A stretch of DNA of 64,000 bases. Source: Octopus sinensis. Taxonomy: Eukaryota. Positions 1-13,660 of the stretch are shown here, in pieces. Position 1 is the first letter of the stretch. Each line of letters starts with the position of its first letter. Under the pieces are notes generated by a model. It was not told the origin of the DNA. It ran no database searches and saw only the letters and a program-made list of their open reading frames with translations. A program made the position numbers and the translations under genes. The DNA lies in contig NC_042997.1 in assembly GCF_006345805.1 (NCBI RefSeq), positions 196,602,001-196,666,000 of the forward strand, in the 5' to 3' direction.

Positions 1-880
1 GTTCTAGCAAGTGGTATGAGTATTAATAAGGCGGCGAGCTGGCAGAAACGTTAGCACGCCGGGCGAAATGCTTAGCAGTATTTCGTCTGTCTTTACGCCG
101 AGTTCAAATTCCACCGAGGTCGACTTTGCCTTTCATCCTTTCGGGGTCGATGAAATAAGTACCAGTTACGCACTGGGGTCGATGCAATCGACTTAATCCT
201 TTTGCGTGTCCTTGTTTGTCCCCTCTGTGTTTAGCCCCTTGTGGGTAATAAAGAATTAGGTATTTCGTCTGTCTTTACGTTCTGAGTTAAAATTCCGCCG
301 AGGGCGACTTTGCCTTTCATCCTTTCGGGGTCGATTAAATAAGTACCAGTTACGCACTGGGGTTGATGTAATCGACTTAATCCGTTTTGTCTGTCCTTGT
401 TTGTCCCCTCTGTGTTTAGCCCCTTGTGGGTAGTAAGGAAATAGGTATGAATATCAACCTTCGTCAGCAGCAGAGAATAATCAGGTGAAATTCACATGAG
501 ATATGCGAATATAGCCAGACAAAAAGCTGTAACATAACCGATCAGATATCACTCTGCTACTGGAGTAGTCCAAAGAATGGCCCTTCATTGACATAGCTAT
601 ATCTGCGGACCAAAACATTGTAAAGACAGAAGACGAGAAAGTCGGGAAGTGTCAAGATTCAGGATTGGAAGGGAAAAAGTGAGTCTTGATCGGTGCATTT
701 GGGACCATCTCAAAGAGAGCAGCATATTAGTATCAAAAGCTGCAAGTGCCAAACTTCAAAGGAAGTATTCAGTTGGCATCAATACTTGGAACAGCCCATG
801 TGTTGAGGAAACTGTTGTGTCTCTAAGCTGCGGAGAGGAGCTGAGACATGACATGTATAAATCAAGAGAAGTTAAGAGAA
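1..880 (+). mobile_element. Degenerate 3' fragment of R4/Dong-type RLE non-LTR retrotransposon, interrupted by a SINE at 27-443
   Basis: Broken frames read SKWYE|YQP..ENNQVKFT.DMRI..DKKL.HNRSDI...IDIAISADQNIVKTEDEK...ASILGTAHVLRKLL*, similar to the 22674-23543 ORF; followed by an (ACA/ATA)n tail. Confidence 0.75.
27..443 (+). mobile_element. tRNA-like SINE family A, internally duplicated (dimeric) copy with ~14-bp TSD
   Basis: Head aaggcggcgagctggcagaaacgttagc, B-box-like gagttcaaattcc, body gcctttcatcctttcggggtcgat present twice; TSD ggtatgagtattaa (13-26) / ggtatgaatatcaa (444-457). Confidence 0.9.
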
Positions 881-919
881 TAACAACAACAGTAACAATA
901 ATAATAATAACAAAACAAC

Positions 920-1045
920 AACAAAGGAGAGTACTAGATAATTCAAAAGAACAGATAGTATGGTACCGTAGGCTGCAGGTAGTAAGCCCGCTTCAGATGC
1001 AAGACTCCAGGAGATCCAACAAAAGAATAATAATAATAGTGATGA
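920..1045 (+). mobile_element. Very short 3' terminus of an R4/Dong-type element between (TAA)n tracts
   Basis: Starts RRVLD like RLE C-termini (cf. VLRRAL, ILRLVL); ataataata on both sides. Confidence 0.4.
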
Positions 1046-1053
1046 TGATAAAA

Positions 1054-1338
1054 TATTGTTGTATTTAGGAATGGTCATTTTGACAGTTTAGCCAATAAAA
1101 ACACACTCACTATATATTTGGTGTTACTTTGCTTCAGTGTTGTTTATTTTTTACATTAATCTTAATCTTATTTCGGCCAGAGTTCTTTCGTCACACTCCT
1201 GTGACCTCATCACTGAAGCAAAGTAACACCAAATATATAGTGCGTCTGTTTTTATTGGCTAAACTGGCAAAATGACCATTCCTAAATGCAACAATACCTG
1301 TTTCAACACACGATTTCACATCAAAAATCTTGCAAAAC
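1054..1338. mobile_element. Fold-back Penelope-like terminal element (86-bp inverted arms, hammerhead-like remnant in loop, one-sided tail)
   Basis: Arms 1054-1139 and 1211-1296 are near-perfect reverse complements; minus-strand loop reads GUGAUGA-G-GUCAC-aggagu-GUGAC-GAAA; tail ttcaacacacgatttcacatcaaaaatcttgcaaaac. Confidence 0.8.
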
Positions 1339-2109
1339 AAATATATGATGATAAAAGTAATTGAAAGAAAGTTTACCAAGTCATGGCAAATATACTGTAT
1401 TTACTTGTGTGTACTTAGAGAAATTCAATATAAAAATATCAACTAAATAAACGAACACAAAAGCAAACTTATGAACACGAAAATAATAATGGTGGTAGCC
1501 TTGAGACATCGAACGTCTAAGTTATACATCTCATTGCCCGAGGCAATAAAACATTGTATGCGTAGAGAATACATCCAATGGCAATTTTAAATTCTGTTAG
1601 CACGGTGGTAGTCTATTGTTTATAAAGTGATTGCGTGATTGAAAATATAGCAGTGAAAATGAAACTGAAAGTTAAGTTACACTACTGATATGAGCTAGTA
1701 GTGAACTAAACAGGCTACATGCAGGGAAATATTAAGCTTAAGGACTTATAATATTAATACTAGTTATCCTGGATATTATTTGATGAAGTAGAAATAAAAA
1801 GATAAAAGCGTATTAGGCAATAATCTCAATATGTCAATATTTTCTACTGGTTTGATGTAGCCAGGAATGCTTTTCTTGAACAAATATTCTCCAAGAGATT
1901 TTTAGTGAATTAGCATCGCAATTGCTACTGCTAACTTGTTTGTAGTCCGGTATAACCTTTTGCATCGTTGGTGACGGAGCCTGGCTTGCTTGTTTAAGAG
2001 AATGTCTAAAATCCGAGTAGAACAAAAGCAGTGCTTGCCAAATGAACAGAAAGGAGGATCAACGACTGTTTAATGATGTCGCTGAGACTTAAAAATTCCG
2101 GATTTGTGC

Positions 2110-2570
2110 TGTGCGTGCTGTTAGGTACTGGGGGTAGGGGCATACTCAGCTTTAGTTAAAGGGGGTTTCTAGGAGAGGGCGCTACTCTTTCCACAGTTAC
2201 AAATGAGGTACAGCTCTGCGAGCTTTCTGGGTACGGCAACCTTGAGAGGCAGTCTAACAAGAAGGACAGATATGGACATAAACCCCCAACAACTCATGAA
2301 TTCCTGTGAAGAGTTGAAGCTAAGGGTGTCAACCCTAGCAGAAAATTGATTTGAGGATCACAGACCGTATCCATTCAAAAGAGGGCTAGAAGAAACAACA
2401 AATAGATGATTGTGTTTGTGTCCGAGGCCGCAAACCTTCAGCCATGAAGAATATTATTCATTCGAAGCAGAAGGAACAGAAGATAACCTGCTGTGGAACG
2501 ATCAGGTTTCAAGTATAATATCTCTGCATTTTTAAATGGGGAAATTGGGAGGATGGCGCTGATGAAAATC
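2110..2570 (+). mobile_element. Probable decayed 5' end of an RTE-type LINE
   Basis: GC-richer island with gctaagggtgtcaaccctagcagaaaa, resembling RTE 5' UTRs from memory; no intact ORF. Confidence 0.3.
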
Positions 2571-3117
2571 TAAATCAAAGATAATGGAGTTGGTTAGAGC
2601 TATTTCGACAATGAGATTAATTAATCAGTTTAGATGGATTTTAAGTGACAGACTTATTTTATGAACCATTTGAGTGTGTCTTTGTTTTGTAAATGCAGTA
2701 CAGCTTTTGCTCAATAGTATTTAAACAAAATTTAATGAACAAGAGCGACAATGAAGCTAGTTTTAATGTATTAAGTTGGTTTCTAAACACAAAACTAAAC
2801 ATAAAAATGGCTGTACTTTGGAGTCATGTTATATCCAAGAGCGTGTTGTACTTAACTAAATATCACACGCACTCACACAACGTCCCCGCCCCGCGACAGG
2901 TCGAAGACTCGTTAGTTAAATACTTGTGTTTCATTAAGTTTAAAGTGCGGGGTGTTTACTGTAATATGTCGTGTATTTAGCCAAGATCTAATTACCATGA
3001 CACGACAATCAGAAAACTCTCAAGAAAAGAACAGAGAAAGCAGCCATCAAATGAACTGTATTGCAATGATTTCGTTCTTTCTTAATGTGGACTGGAGTAT
3101 TTAAAGAATGTCTTTAG

Positions 3118-3325
3118 AGGCCCGTGGCTTAGTGGTTATGGTGTTACATTCATGATCGTAAAAGTGTGGTTTCAATCCCTGCACCGGGCAATGCATTGTG
3201 CTCTTGAGCAAAACACTTTATTTCACGTTGACAAAAAGATGAGTGTTCTAATCTCAGTCATTTATTCATCGTGGAAACCCGGATAAGTTCCGACCTTATG
3301 GATTATCGGGCACAAGGTAGGCCAA
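3118..3325 (+). mobile_element. Degenerate tRNA-derived SINE (family C head)
   Basis: ggcccgtggcttagtggtta (A box) ... ggtttcaatccc (B box) ... ttgagcaaaacactttatttcacgttg, matching 57689. Confidence 0.75.
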
Positions 3326-4809
3326 CACACTCTATACACCATCTCTGTCTGTCTGTCTCTCTCTCTCTCTTTCTCCCCCTCTCTCTATCTATCTGCACAC
3401 ACATACACATTTGTATATATGTATGTATAAACATTTCTTGATTATTTGAACTCCTCCTCTACAAAAAGGTTTGGTTCTCAACAAGCAATCCAGCTACTTT
3501 GCTGGAATTTAACAACAACAAGTTAAATTTTGAATTAAATAAAAACATTGCATAATTTTACAATTCCTTTTATAATATGTTTATATATTTGAAAAGTACA
3601 TTTTAGCTGATCACTTTTTTTGTTTTCCTTTGAAAATTCCAGCTTTTCGAGATTACAACTTAACCATTTACGAAGACAGTTAAGTGTATCAGTAACTGTA
3701 GGCTTCAAAGTTGTCCATAAATATTTCCTTTACCATTGATTTTCAAATAAATGTTCATAGACGCAGAGCAGCTGGTCTCTATAGCTGTACATCATTTAGT
3801 CTTTTCCATCTCCAACAATAATATCAGGCCTGTTATATTTTTATTTGGTGTAAGTTTTGATGGGAATATTCCATTACTATTCCTTGTGGCGAAACACACA
3901 CATATATACATACCGAACATCAGAAATATTTTCTACATTTATCTCAAGGCAACCTTTTCTACTGATATCATTGTATATTGTTTTAGTAACAGCATCCTGT
4001 TGAATTGGAAGGTATTACCTTAATGACAATTCTGAGGCAACTGCTGAACACGTGAGTCATATTTTCCACTGAAATATGACAAAATCGATATTTTTGTTTG
4101 CGTCCTGAGGCTTTAAGAGGTCGTTGTTTCTTTTGTTCAGTTGATAATTTGAATCGCTCCTTTGCTCTTGTATCGCTAAAACTATAAACTATAAACTTCA
4201 AAATGTGTGACCTGATGTACGGTCACGAATCTAAGACTGGCTACACTTCCTCTCGATATAAGCATGATCCACAAATTTACAGGAATAATCGCATTTATTT
4301 GTGAAGTGTGCAGAGTGTTTATCGTTCAGGCGATTGTCAAGGTTTATTTATTAAGAATTTCTAGTAAATCATGGGGATTGAGTCGGTGGTAATTAAGTAA
4401 TTCTTGAGCTTTACAAACCATATGATGCTTTTTCTCTTCAGATTCGGTTAATTCATATTTGTAAAATATGATGTATACATATGTATGCATATTATTATTC
4501 AGTTTTATTTCAAGATTTCTTGCCAATAGAGAAAGAACCGGTTTCTAACCTGGATCCAACGCTCCTTCACTGGAATTTCAACATCAACAGCAGGATATTT
4601 TTTTATGTATGTATGTATGTTTTATGTATGTATTCTCATGCATATACTTGCATATCTAGACAGGATAATATAGATTTAAATTATAAAGTTTTACAGATCT
4701 TTACAGTTCTTCTTCTTTCTGGCTTTGAGAAGTCTAAATTTCTCAAAATTGGTATTTAGGCAATGTATGTATGTACGAGGTACGAGTCGTATATATGTAT
4801 GTAGAAGTT

Positions 4810-5102
4810 AAAGTATTCGGCTGATGATCGTAAAGTTGTGAGTTCGATTCCCTGTGGTGTGTTACATCCTTGAGGAAGACACTTTATTTCATCTTGCTCC
4901 AGTCCACTCAGCTGGTAAAAATGAAGAGTACCCGTAATACAAAGGGCCACTCTTGTAACATTGTCTCTCACACTGAATCTTCTTGAGAATCGCGTTAAAG
5001 GTACGCGTGACCGTGCAGCCACTTGCACATAAATATCATGAGCAGGCTGTTCGGTTGATCGTATCAGCTGGGGAACTCGTTGTCGTAACCGACGGAGTAC
5101 CA
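4810..5102 (+). mobile_element. SINE family C, 5'-eroded
   Basis: Colinear with 57689-58008, including the tail gtcgtaaccgacggagt. Confidence 0.85.
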
Positions 5103-6239
5103 GTTATGTATGTATGTATGTATGTATGTATGATTTCGTGTGTTTCTGTGCGCGCGTGTATGGCGCTTCTCTTCTGGACTGAAAATTTCAAGCAAATTTT
5201 AACATATCTACTACGTGGCAAGGTTTGAAGGACTTGAACCATTTTGTTTCATATCAAATCTTATTCCTTATTCTATTCCAGATTTCCCTGTTTACGATAA
5301 GCGTGCCTTATGGCAACGTAGCATCTTGTCGGCGATTTCTCCCAATTGGTAAGGATGCGGCTCTGTCTTCTGTTTAGATTTCCCACGTCTTGCATTTGTT
5401 GTCAACTGATGATTTTTTTTTCTATCTTCTCTTGAAGGTACTTGATAAAGTTTCTTGGATTACATAGTGTTAACCTTCAAATGGAGCTGTGAAAGCATGT
5501 CAGTATGACATGCCAAGCATTATTATGCTATCTTCGCCCTGTCGTTCATGATTTTAGTTTCAAACAGCCACACACAAATTTCTCATTGAAATGCTTTAAT
5601 TTCTTGTTATGTATGCTAGGATTTTCCATCTACATCAGAGGGAGGTATATGTCAGATTGTACTACATATATCCCTCTCTCCAATCCTGTACCCATCCTAC
5701 TTTATTTTATGCACGTTCGTCATCTTCCCTTTTATATAGTTAATAATTTATGTACGTATTTATTCATATATTTTTTAGTCATTTGGATATTTCGTTTAAG
5801 GAAAGGGCTACGTTGTAACACAGAAATAGAGCTCCATCACAGGAATTTAAAAAACAAAAACGATGAGCTGTCACAGGGTGAAATTTAAACAATGCTTGCA
5901 TATTTCTGTTGTTCCTCTTATAGACTCGATTTGTAAAATGCGTATCAGCTGATCACTTTCTTTGCTAGAAAACACTAGTTTTCCGAGAATGACCGTACCT
6001 ATCCTTACTAAAACGGCCGAATGTATTAATAATCATAGGCACAAACGTGAATTCTGATTTGAGTAAGATGCTGCATATTTAAAGCAGTTGACCATAAATA
6101 TTCTCATTTTCATTGAATTTGAGAAAATGTTATCATCTGCAGGGATACTGTTATCATCTATGAGCATGTCTCGATATGCAAGTATATGCATGAGAGCAGA
6201 TACATAAAATGATAGCACATTATTTGATTAGCGCCGCCG

Positions 6240-6682
6240 TGAGTGCTACATCATTTGCACAATGTGGAGAATATAAACCAGCAGTGCCCAAACGACCTTA
6301 AAATTAGTTTCAGAATTCATCCAAGGCTGGGAGACACGTGCCATACGTTCCCTACACAATTTAGGCTCACAACATATAAATTCACTGTAGCACAGTTTCT
6401 TTTCTTCAGCAAGTCCTGCCCTATTTAGCAATGTCCCAAAACAATTCAAAGAAGAAAAAAGATTTCATCTTCAGACGAAACCTGGACAAATTTCTTCAAG
6501 AGATACCAGATTAGCCGGCTATACCTGCATACATCTCAGTCACCAACAACTCCCTAGTTGAATGGGCCATGATAGCACAAACCTTGACTTACAGATGACT
6601 TAGCAGATCGATCCTATCACGGGGCGTTATTAAGTTAGACATGACCTGCACCAATCTTTGGCCGAAACATATCTAAGTTACC
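6240..6682 (+). mobile_element. Old 3' fragment of a CR1/L2-group LINE (second family, E)
   Basis: Broken frames HPRLG...SPALF..VPK...RRNLDKFLQEIPD.PAIPAYISVTNNSLVEWA; 3' end ccaatctttggccgaaacatatctaagt matches the minus copy at 43755-43926. Confidence 0.75.
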
Positions 6683-7074
6683 AGACATGTGTTTGTACAT
6701 GATGGAAAATTAGTTGGCAAGGATCCACCAATATTCCTTATGTTAAAACCTATGTTTGTACTCAATATCAGTGCTGTAATCTATATTTGTCCCAGGATAG
6801 TATTTCATACAGATGGTATTGTATATTGTGTTAACAATAGCAACATAACTTTAATGACCTATTTTGTGCAGCTTCAGAACACACATGGAAGATCTTCCAT
6901 AGAAATGCAAGATTTCTATTGAAGATATTACATATAGAAATTTGTGGTTGCACCTTGTAGAGTTAAAAAAACTTCACTGTCACTTTTATTCATGTAGCTA
7001 ATTTTCGGATTTGTGTCACAAAAAAGAATAATCTTTGAAATGTGAGGAAGTGTAAAGGACATGTTAATATTTAT

Positions 7075-7292
7075 ATTTCTTTTTTGCCCACAGCGGGCTA
7101 AACACCGAGGGGACAAACAAAGGGATTAAGTCGATTACATAGACCCCAGTGCGTAACTGGTACTTATTTATCGACCCCGGAAGGATGAAAGGAAAAGTCG
7201 ACCTCGGCGGAATTTGGACTCAGAACGTAACGGCAGACGAAATACCGCTAAGCATTTCGCCCAGCATGCTAACGATTCTGCTAGCTCGCCTA
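7075..7292 (-). mobile_element. SINE family A
   Basis: Reverse complement of the family A head and body. Confidence 0.85.
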
Positions 7293-8069
7293 GCATCATC
7301 TCTAAGTTTACTAGAGACATACTCATAACTTCGTTTGGTGCGCAGTGTTTTTCTTCCAGGTCATTTTTTAAAGAGGAGGTGGCGCTTATCAAGAATTGAG
7401 TACTTGATGAGTTCACTATTGACCAATAGAATGCTGTGCTTTTCAGTTTCGAAGACTTGGTCGATGTATTTATTTTTAGCGAATACTATCTGATAAATAA
7501 CCATACGCAAAGCGTGTCATTAATTACCTCGTGTCTTTTTTTTTTCTTTTCTTCTGAGACAGAACTTGTCAATATTGCTGTTGTTTGCGGAACTATCCAG
7601 TTAAATTCAGAATTCTGTAAGTTTTGAAATCTATGAAGTAGATTTCCATTCTAGATGTTGGCATCTGTACTTAACAGAAACCGTAGAGTATTGCTTTGTA
7701 TTAGGAAAGTTCTAGCTGCCATACTTCTTAAAGTCAGGTGCAATTTTTATTATCAGAAACTTTTTATGATATATTTTCAGCAATAGCTTGGAATATGTAG
7801 CTCTCTTTGTATAGTACACGAGAGTGACCGTTTGTGTAAAAGTATTGTGTACGGAAAAATAGATTTTATGCATTCAACTATCGAACTGAACATTTCTTTT
7901 GGCTAAATCCCAGTCCTATATCAGGTGAAAATGTTACTAAATTCAGCAGATCATTTGATTCTCTGCAAAGAAATTATAGACTACGTTTGCTGTTGTAAGT
8001 TATAACACAACCTAGAAAAATGCGAAGTCAAAATATGCAGACGGTTTTCTTGGAATATATACATAACGT

Positions 8070-8232
8070 AGGCGTAGGAGTGGTTGTGTGGTAAATAGCT
8101 TGCTTACGAACCACATGGTTCCGGGTTCAGTCCCACTGCGTGGCACCTTGGGCAAGTGTCTTCTTCTATAGCCTCGGACCGACCAAAGCCTTGTGAGTGG
8201 ATTTGGTAGACGGAAACTGGAAGAAATCCGTC

Positions 8233-8288
<56 letters not shown>

Positions 8289-8498
8289 GTATATGTTTGT
8301 GTGTCTGTGTTTGTCCCCCCAACATCGCTTGACAACCTATGCTGGTGTGTTTACGTCACCGCAACTTAGTGGTTCGGCAAAAGAGACCGACATAATAAGT
8401 ACCAGGCTTATAAAGAATAAGTCATGGGGTAGATTTGCTCGACCAAAGGCGGTGCTCCAGCATAGCCACAGTCACATGACTGAAACAAGTAAAAGAGT
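8070..8498 (+). mobile_element. tRNA-derived SINE family B, full length with internal (TA)n
   Basis: A box tggttgtgtgg, B box ggttcagtccc, CORE-like ccttgggcaagtgtctt, internal TA tract, tail ggcggtgctccagcatagccacagtcacatgactgaaacaag. Confidence 0.9.
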
Positions 8499-9011
8499 AT
8501 AACATTCAAGACATTTGTTCGAATTTCACTTACAAATGTGAGGATTGGTTGATCGTGACTTTTTTGGGTTTAAGACAGTATATGATTTTGCCAAGTGCGG
8601 TGGCTTCGGCAGCTATAAGCGGGAAACAGAATCGAATGACTTTCTTTAATTGAGCCATACTGTCATAAGGTTTTTAAAGTGGTAATCGTACTTTATAAAG
8701 CAGAGCTGCATGAACTGTTTGACACATTCCTGCAATCCCATCTTTTCATCTACGTTCTGTTCCACTGTCTTGTTGGACTAAAAATGGTCTTAGAATAGAT
8801 GGTTCAAAAAGTTTGTGGAAATATTTGTACACATAGTCTAGGCAAGCAATGGGCCTCATAGTTTTCTGCCGAGTCACTTTTCAAGCATTTTCATTCTTAG
8901 AATATTAGACCATCTAATGACAATACAAAGGCTATTTCAATATTGTATTCCATACATCGATTAAATATATATACCAGTGTCATTCTGAACAATATTATAT
9001 GCATGTGTAAC

Positions 9012-9215
9012 GTGGCGAGTTGGCAGAACCGTTAGAATGCCAGACAAAATGCTTGCCGGCATGTCCGCTCTGAGTTCGAATACCACCGAGGTCGAGTTTG
9101 CCTTTCATCGTTTCGGGGTCGATAAAGCAAGTACCAGCTGAACACTGGGATCTATGTAATCGATATTACCTCCTTCCTCGTAATTGCTGGTCCTGTGCTA
9201 AAACTGGTAACCAAT
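9012..9215 (+). mobile_element. SINE family A (older copy)
   Basis: ggcgagttggcagaaccgttag ... gcctttcatcgtttcggggtcgataaa. Confidence 0.8.
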
Positions 9216-9606
9216 ATTGTCTGCTTGGATGTATAAGAATACACCCCCAACACATTTTTTGCAACCGAAGCATGGTCAAATTGTTAAACAGTTCGCTTCG
9301 CAAGCACGAAGTCCAGTGTTCGATTCTACCGCTAAGCACCTTAGTCATATACTATTTTCTATACCCTCGGTTCTTTCACATCCTCTGAGAGAAATTGGGT
9401 AAACAGAAACTGTATAAAAGCCCCTTGGATGGATTGCACTTGTAAATAAAAAGCTACATCCTTGTCACGCATTGTGTCACGCTGATTTTGTTCGATATAT
9501 ATATATATATATATATATTGTCAATGTCATGTTTACAGGTGATAGGGATGTTCGGGTTTCGAGTCCCAGGTGCACTCTTCGACTTTTTCTATCCAGACTG
9601 TTTTTA

Positions 9607-9985
9607 GGTGTAGGAGTGGCTGTGTGGTAAGTAGCTTGCTTAACAACCACATGGTTCCGGGTTCAGTCCCACCGCGTGGCACCTTGGCAAAGTGTCTTCT
9701 TGTAGCATCGGGCCGACCAAAGCCTTGTGAGTGGATTTGGTACACGGAAACTGAAAGAAGCCCGCCATATATATATATGTATGTTTATGTGTCTGTGTTT
9801 GTCCTCCTCCAACATCGCTTGACAACCGGTGCTGGTGTGTTTACGTCCTCGTCACTTAGTGGTTCAGCAAAAGAGACCGATAGAATAAGTACTAGGCTTC
9901 CAAAGAATAAGTCCTGGGGTCGATTTGCTTTCGACTAAAGGCGGTGCTCCTGCATGGCCGCAGTCAAATGACTGAAACAAGTAAC
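9607..9985 (+). mobile_element. SINE family B
   Basis: Colinear with 8070-8498. Confidence 0.9.
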
Positions 9986-10559
9986 AGACTAACCAAATAT
10001 TTACAACCTACTATTTATAGCTTTATCTAGTTCGAGATCTACCGCTCCCGAAAGGAACCTTCTACACACACACACATAAATATAGACATACAGTCATATT
10101 TCATGTCACATATTCGCTGTTGCGAATTATCTTTAATAGGATTACTAACTTAATGAAAACCATCGGAATATAATACAGATACATATGCTAATATATATAT
10201 ACACACACAAGCACAAATATAGAGGGAGATATGCGTACAAACATCCATGCAAAAATACACACATAAGCGCACGTATTTGTATGTATAAGTGCGCGTATAC
10301 TGTATTGATAGAAAGACACGTGAAGGCTGTAATCGTTATATGAATGTATGTGGTGTACCTGGAGACAAAAAAACATGACGATGTATGTAAAGGAAAAGAG
10401 CAATGCGAATATTAATAATGAATAATAATAGAATTATGTTATCAAGAATGTTTTTATAATCGCAATTATCACGGTGAAAAATTCATGACAGACACGAATA
10501 ATTTAAAAGTATTAATACGTTTTCTATTTGTTCATCTTGTTTATTTCTGTACATACAAT

Positions 10560-10574
10560 ACATATATATAATGC

Positions 10575-10605
<31 letters not shown>

Positions 10606-11230
10606 ACATTTATGCACATATTATATACTTTCATATCCATACATATACTCAAGGGTATATATGTGAATATATGCATATATAAATGCACATATAAAAACGT
10701 ACATTTATGATTATACGCATACACACACACTCATATATATATATATATATTTATATATTCATACATATATTTATATATACATACATATATTTATATATTC
10801 ATACATATATTTATATATTCATACATATATTTATATATTCATACATATATTTATATATATTTATACACATATATACACCTATATTTATACACATATATAC
10901 ACCTATATTTATATACATATATAAATCTATATTTATATACATATATAAATCTATATTTATATACATATATAAATCTATATTTATATACATATATACACAT
11001 TTATATGCATATATACATATATAACTATACACAGACACATATTTATATACATATATATGTATATCAATACACACACACACATATATATATACACATACAT
11101 ACACATATATTTTGATGTATAAACATATACACGTGTATACATGTAAATATGCATTTATATGTGCATAATTAAATACGCACACACACATTCATGCATTATA
11201 CAAAATTCTATACATATATACACACACATG
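10560..11230. repeat. Compound TA/CA microsatellite with higher-order 20-bp and 24-bp units
   Basis: ttatatattcatacatatat repeated; aaatctatatttatatacatatat x3. Confidence 0.95.
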
Positions 11231-12134
11231 AAAGTATTTGAAAAAAATACATAAATATTCAATTTCAATTTCGGTACATTTGTTCGTTTGATCATGTTGG
11301 TTTTCCATATATATTTTTTGAAACCTATAGGTTTCCATACATTATGATGCAGAAATGCAAATTGACTCCATAAACCTGTTTCCGTTCTGTTCTATCGTTG
11401 GCAAAGTCATTCACATGGGAAAAACCATAATCATATATATTTCTCACTTTCTGTGTCTTTCTTAATCTCCCCCCCTCTCTCTCTTTATATATATCTCTCT
11501 CTTTCTCTCTCTCTCCTCTCTCTCTCTTGCTATTTCTATATACACACTCATATAAATATCCCCATTCAGAGATATATATGTTTGTCCTAGGATCCTTCGC
11601 AGATGTCCGTCATCTTATTAGACCGAGATGTTGCACTCGCCGTTGTTGCTATTATTTAGCTTCAGTCAGCCATGACCAAGCAGTTAGACAAAAGCGTTCC
11701 AGTTGTGACCACCCATTGCAATGTGCATCTTTTATTTAGGACGAGAGAGTGTATGTGTACTTTTTAATGCCATTGCTAGAAGGAAAAGCACAGCTTCTTC
11801 AGCCATTTTGAAACCCTGGCGGCTGAAGGAGGTAAGTTATCCTTAGACAGGTGAATAAGTCTATCTAGGAATGAAGAGGAATGGAATCTGTGAGAAACCT
11901 CCACAGAGGTTCGTTTGAAAACTATGGTCGGCTTGAGGTCACCGTACGACACATCTGCTCAGATGTAGATTCAGCTGCGACTGCTAGCAGGGTAAGCAAT
12001 CGGATAGAGACATTCAGCTGGTTTACGTGATCTAACCACTTCAGTTCCAGAGAGAAATATTTACCAAGGGACCTGTTATGGACAAACTGTCCACTTCCCT
12101 TCATCTGCGTTGTTGTCGTTCGTTTACGTTGTTG

Positions 12135-12342
12135 ATGGCGTGTTTATTCCAAGTCAGCCTTGATCAAATTAGGTCTATGGTTAAGAGCGTTCCTGCCATG
12201 ATCATACCAACTTTTCTCAAATATATAGTTTCTAGAAAAATATTATGCAATTAATTTCTTTATTTAAGATGAGTGCTTTTTGAGAGGGATTTGGCTATTA
12301 TTTCTAGCTGATCAAGTGACCACGTACAGGATCACTTGTTAG
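12135..12342 (+). repeat. Old unclassified interspersed repeat (related pieces at ~11640-11715, ~15335-15500 minus, ~51860-52040)
   Basis: Shared motifs gtcagcc..gatc.a...a.ggcgttccagc.atga and gatttggcta.tatttctag..g.t.gagc.acc. Confidence 0.55.
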
Positions 12343-12539
12343 TCCAGAAATGCTGAAGCTGTTTCCTTAAACTATAGAGAAAAGAGACACCGAAAACATA
12401 ACTGAACTGCTTAAATACATTGGTTGACGATCTTTGTGTGTGTGTGTGTGTGGACGCGTGCGAAACGTGGGCACGGCAGATAATCGTGAACATACCATTG
12501 GTTTGAATATTCCTTAATTAAAACCGATTCTGTTGATTA

Positions 12540-12601
12540 CCTGTAGGCAAGTGCCTTCTACTATAGCCTCGGGCCGAACAAAGCCCGTCGTATACGCGCG
12601 C

Positions 12602-12635
<34 letters not shown>

Positions 12636-12765
12636 CAATCAATACTTCATTTCATTATACTACTATATATACTTTTTATACTATATATTCTATATTCTAC
12701 ATTAATATTATAAAGAATATAAATAAAACATAAAAAACAGACAGAGTTGGAATTCCTTTGAGTAA

Positions 12766-12832
<67 letters not shown>

Positions 12833-12992
12833 GTGTGTGGGTGTGTCCATTCACACCGATGTTGGTGTGTTTACGTTCCCGTAACTTAGCGGTTCGGCAA
12901 AAGAGACAGGCTTAGAAAGAAGTCCTCGATTTGTTCGACTAAAGGCGGTGCTCCAGCATGGTCGAAGTCAAATGACTGAAACAAGTAAAAGA
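12540..12992 (+). mobile_element. SINE family B, fragmented
   Basis: ggcaagtgccttctactatagcctcgggccga ... ggcggtgctccagcatggtcgaagtcaaatgactgaaacaag. Confidence 0.75.
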
Positions 12993-13000
12993 AAAAAAAA

Positions 13001-13054
<54 letters not shown>

Positions 13055-13117
13055 TACACGACATGCTTTCACACAGTTTCTGTCTACCAAATTCACACAT
13101 TACACATTCATCGGTAG

Positions 13118-13660
13118 AAGTTACGCGCCAACCTTTCCGCTAGTACCTTGGCCAAAATCTTCAGCTCTGTGTTAAGCAGAGTGATTGGCTGGAAATTCTC
13201 TACCAAGTCCCCCTGGTTAGGGTCCTTTCTTAGCAGTACATTCACACCCCGGCTCACAGATATGGGCATAAACCCATGCTGCCACTTGGCGAAGACACAT
13301 GCCAGTAGGTGCCCAAACAAGTCTGACATACTATGATGTAGCTCGTAGGGAAGTCCTTGAAGCCCCGGCCGCCTGTTCCCTCCGCAGTCCGGTAAAAACC
13401 TCCTCCACCTCTACGGGTGTGATTGGTCTTTCACAGCATTCTGGTTCCCGCCCCGAGAGACGCGGCAAACCAGCGAGGAAGTCCTTGAGGTCCCTCCTAC
13501 ACTCCGGTCCACCGCCCCTTCCCCCACGAAAAGCCGGCGAAATGCTCCTGGAAGACCTTTAACCGGGTTCGTTTTCCAAGTTCTTCGTCAAAGACCTTAT
13601 TGTGAAATCATTGCCACGTTGCGCCGCTATCACACGATCCCAGCCAGCGGCCTTGACCCC
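13118..13660 (-). mobile_element. Internal fragment of an L1/Tx1-clade LINE ORF2 nested in a SINE B half (13060-13720)
   Basis: GC-rich; ORF 13108-13329 SRGVNVLLRKDPNQGDLVENFQPITLLNTELKILAKVLAERL matches the Tx1/L1 RT N-terminal motif RPITLLNTDxKILAKVLAxRL. Confidence 0.8.

Noticed and set aside
3520-6030. Weak similarity between ~3520-3695 and ~5875-6030 around agctgatcacttt
   Set aside because: Too short and AT-rich to support a duplication without an alignment.
8012-8502. Recurrent ORFs such as FRLPNPLTR..PKVPRSGTEPGTMW and EDTCPRCHAVGLNPEPCG
   Set aside because: They are translations of SINE B, not a protein family.
8527-8785. Minus-strand candidate exon ending at a gtaagtg donor
   Set aside because: No single open frame from acceptor to donor and no recognisable product.
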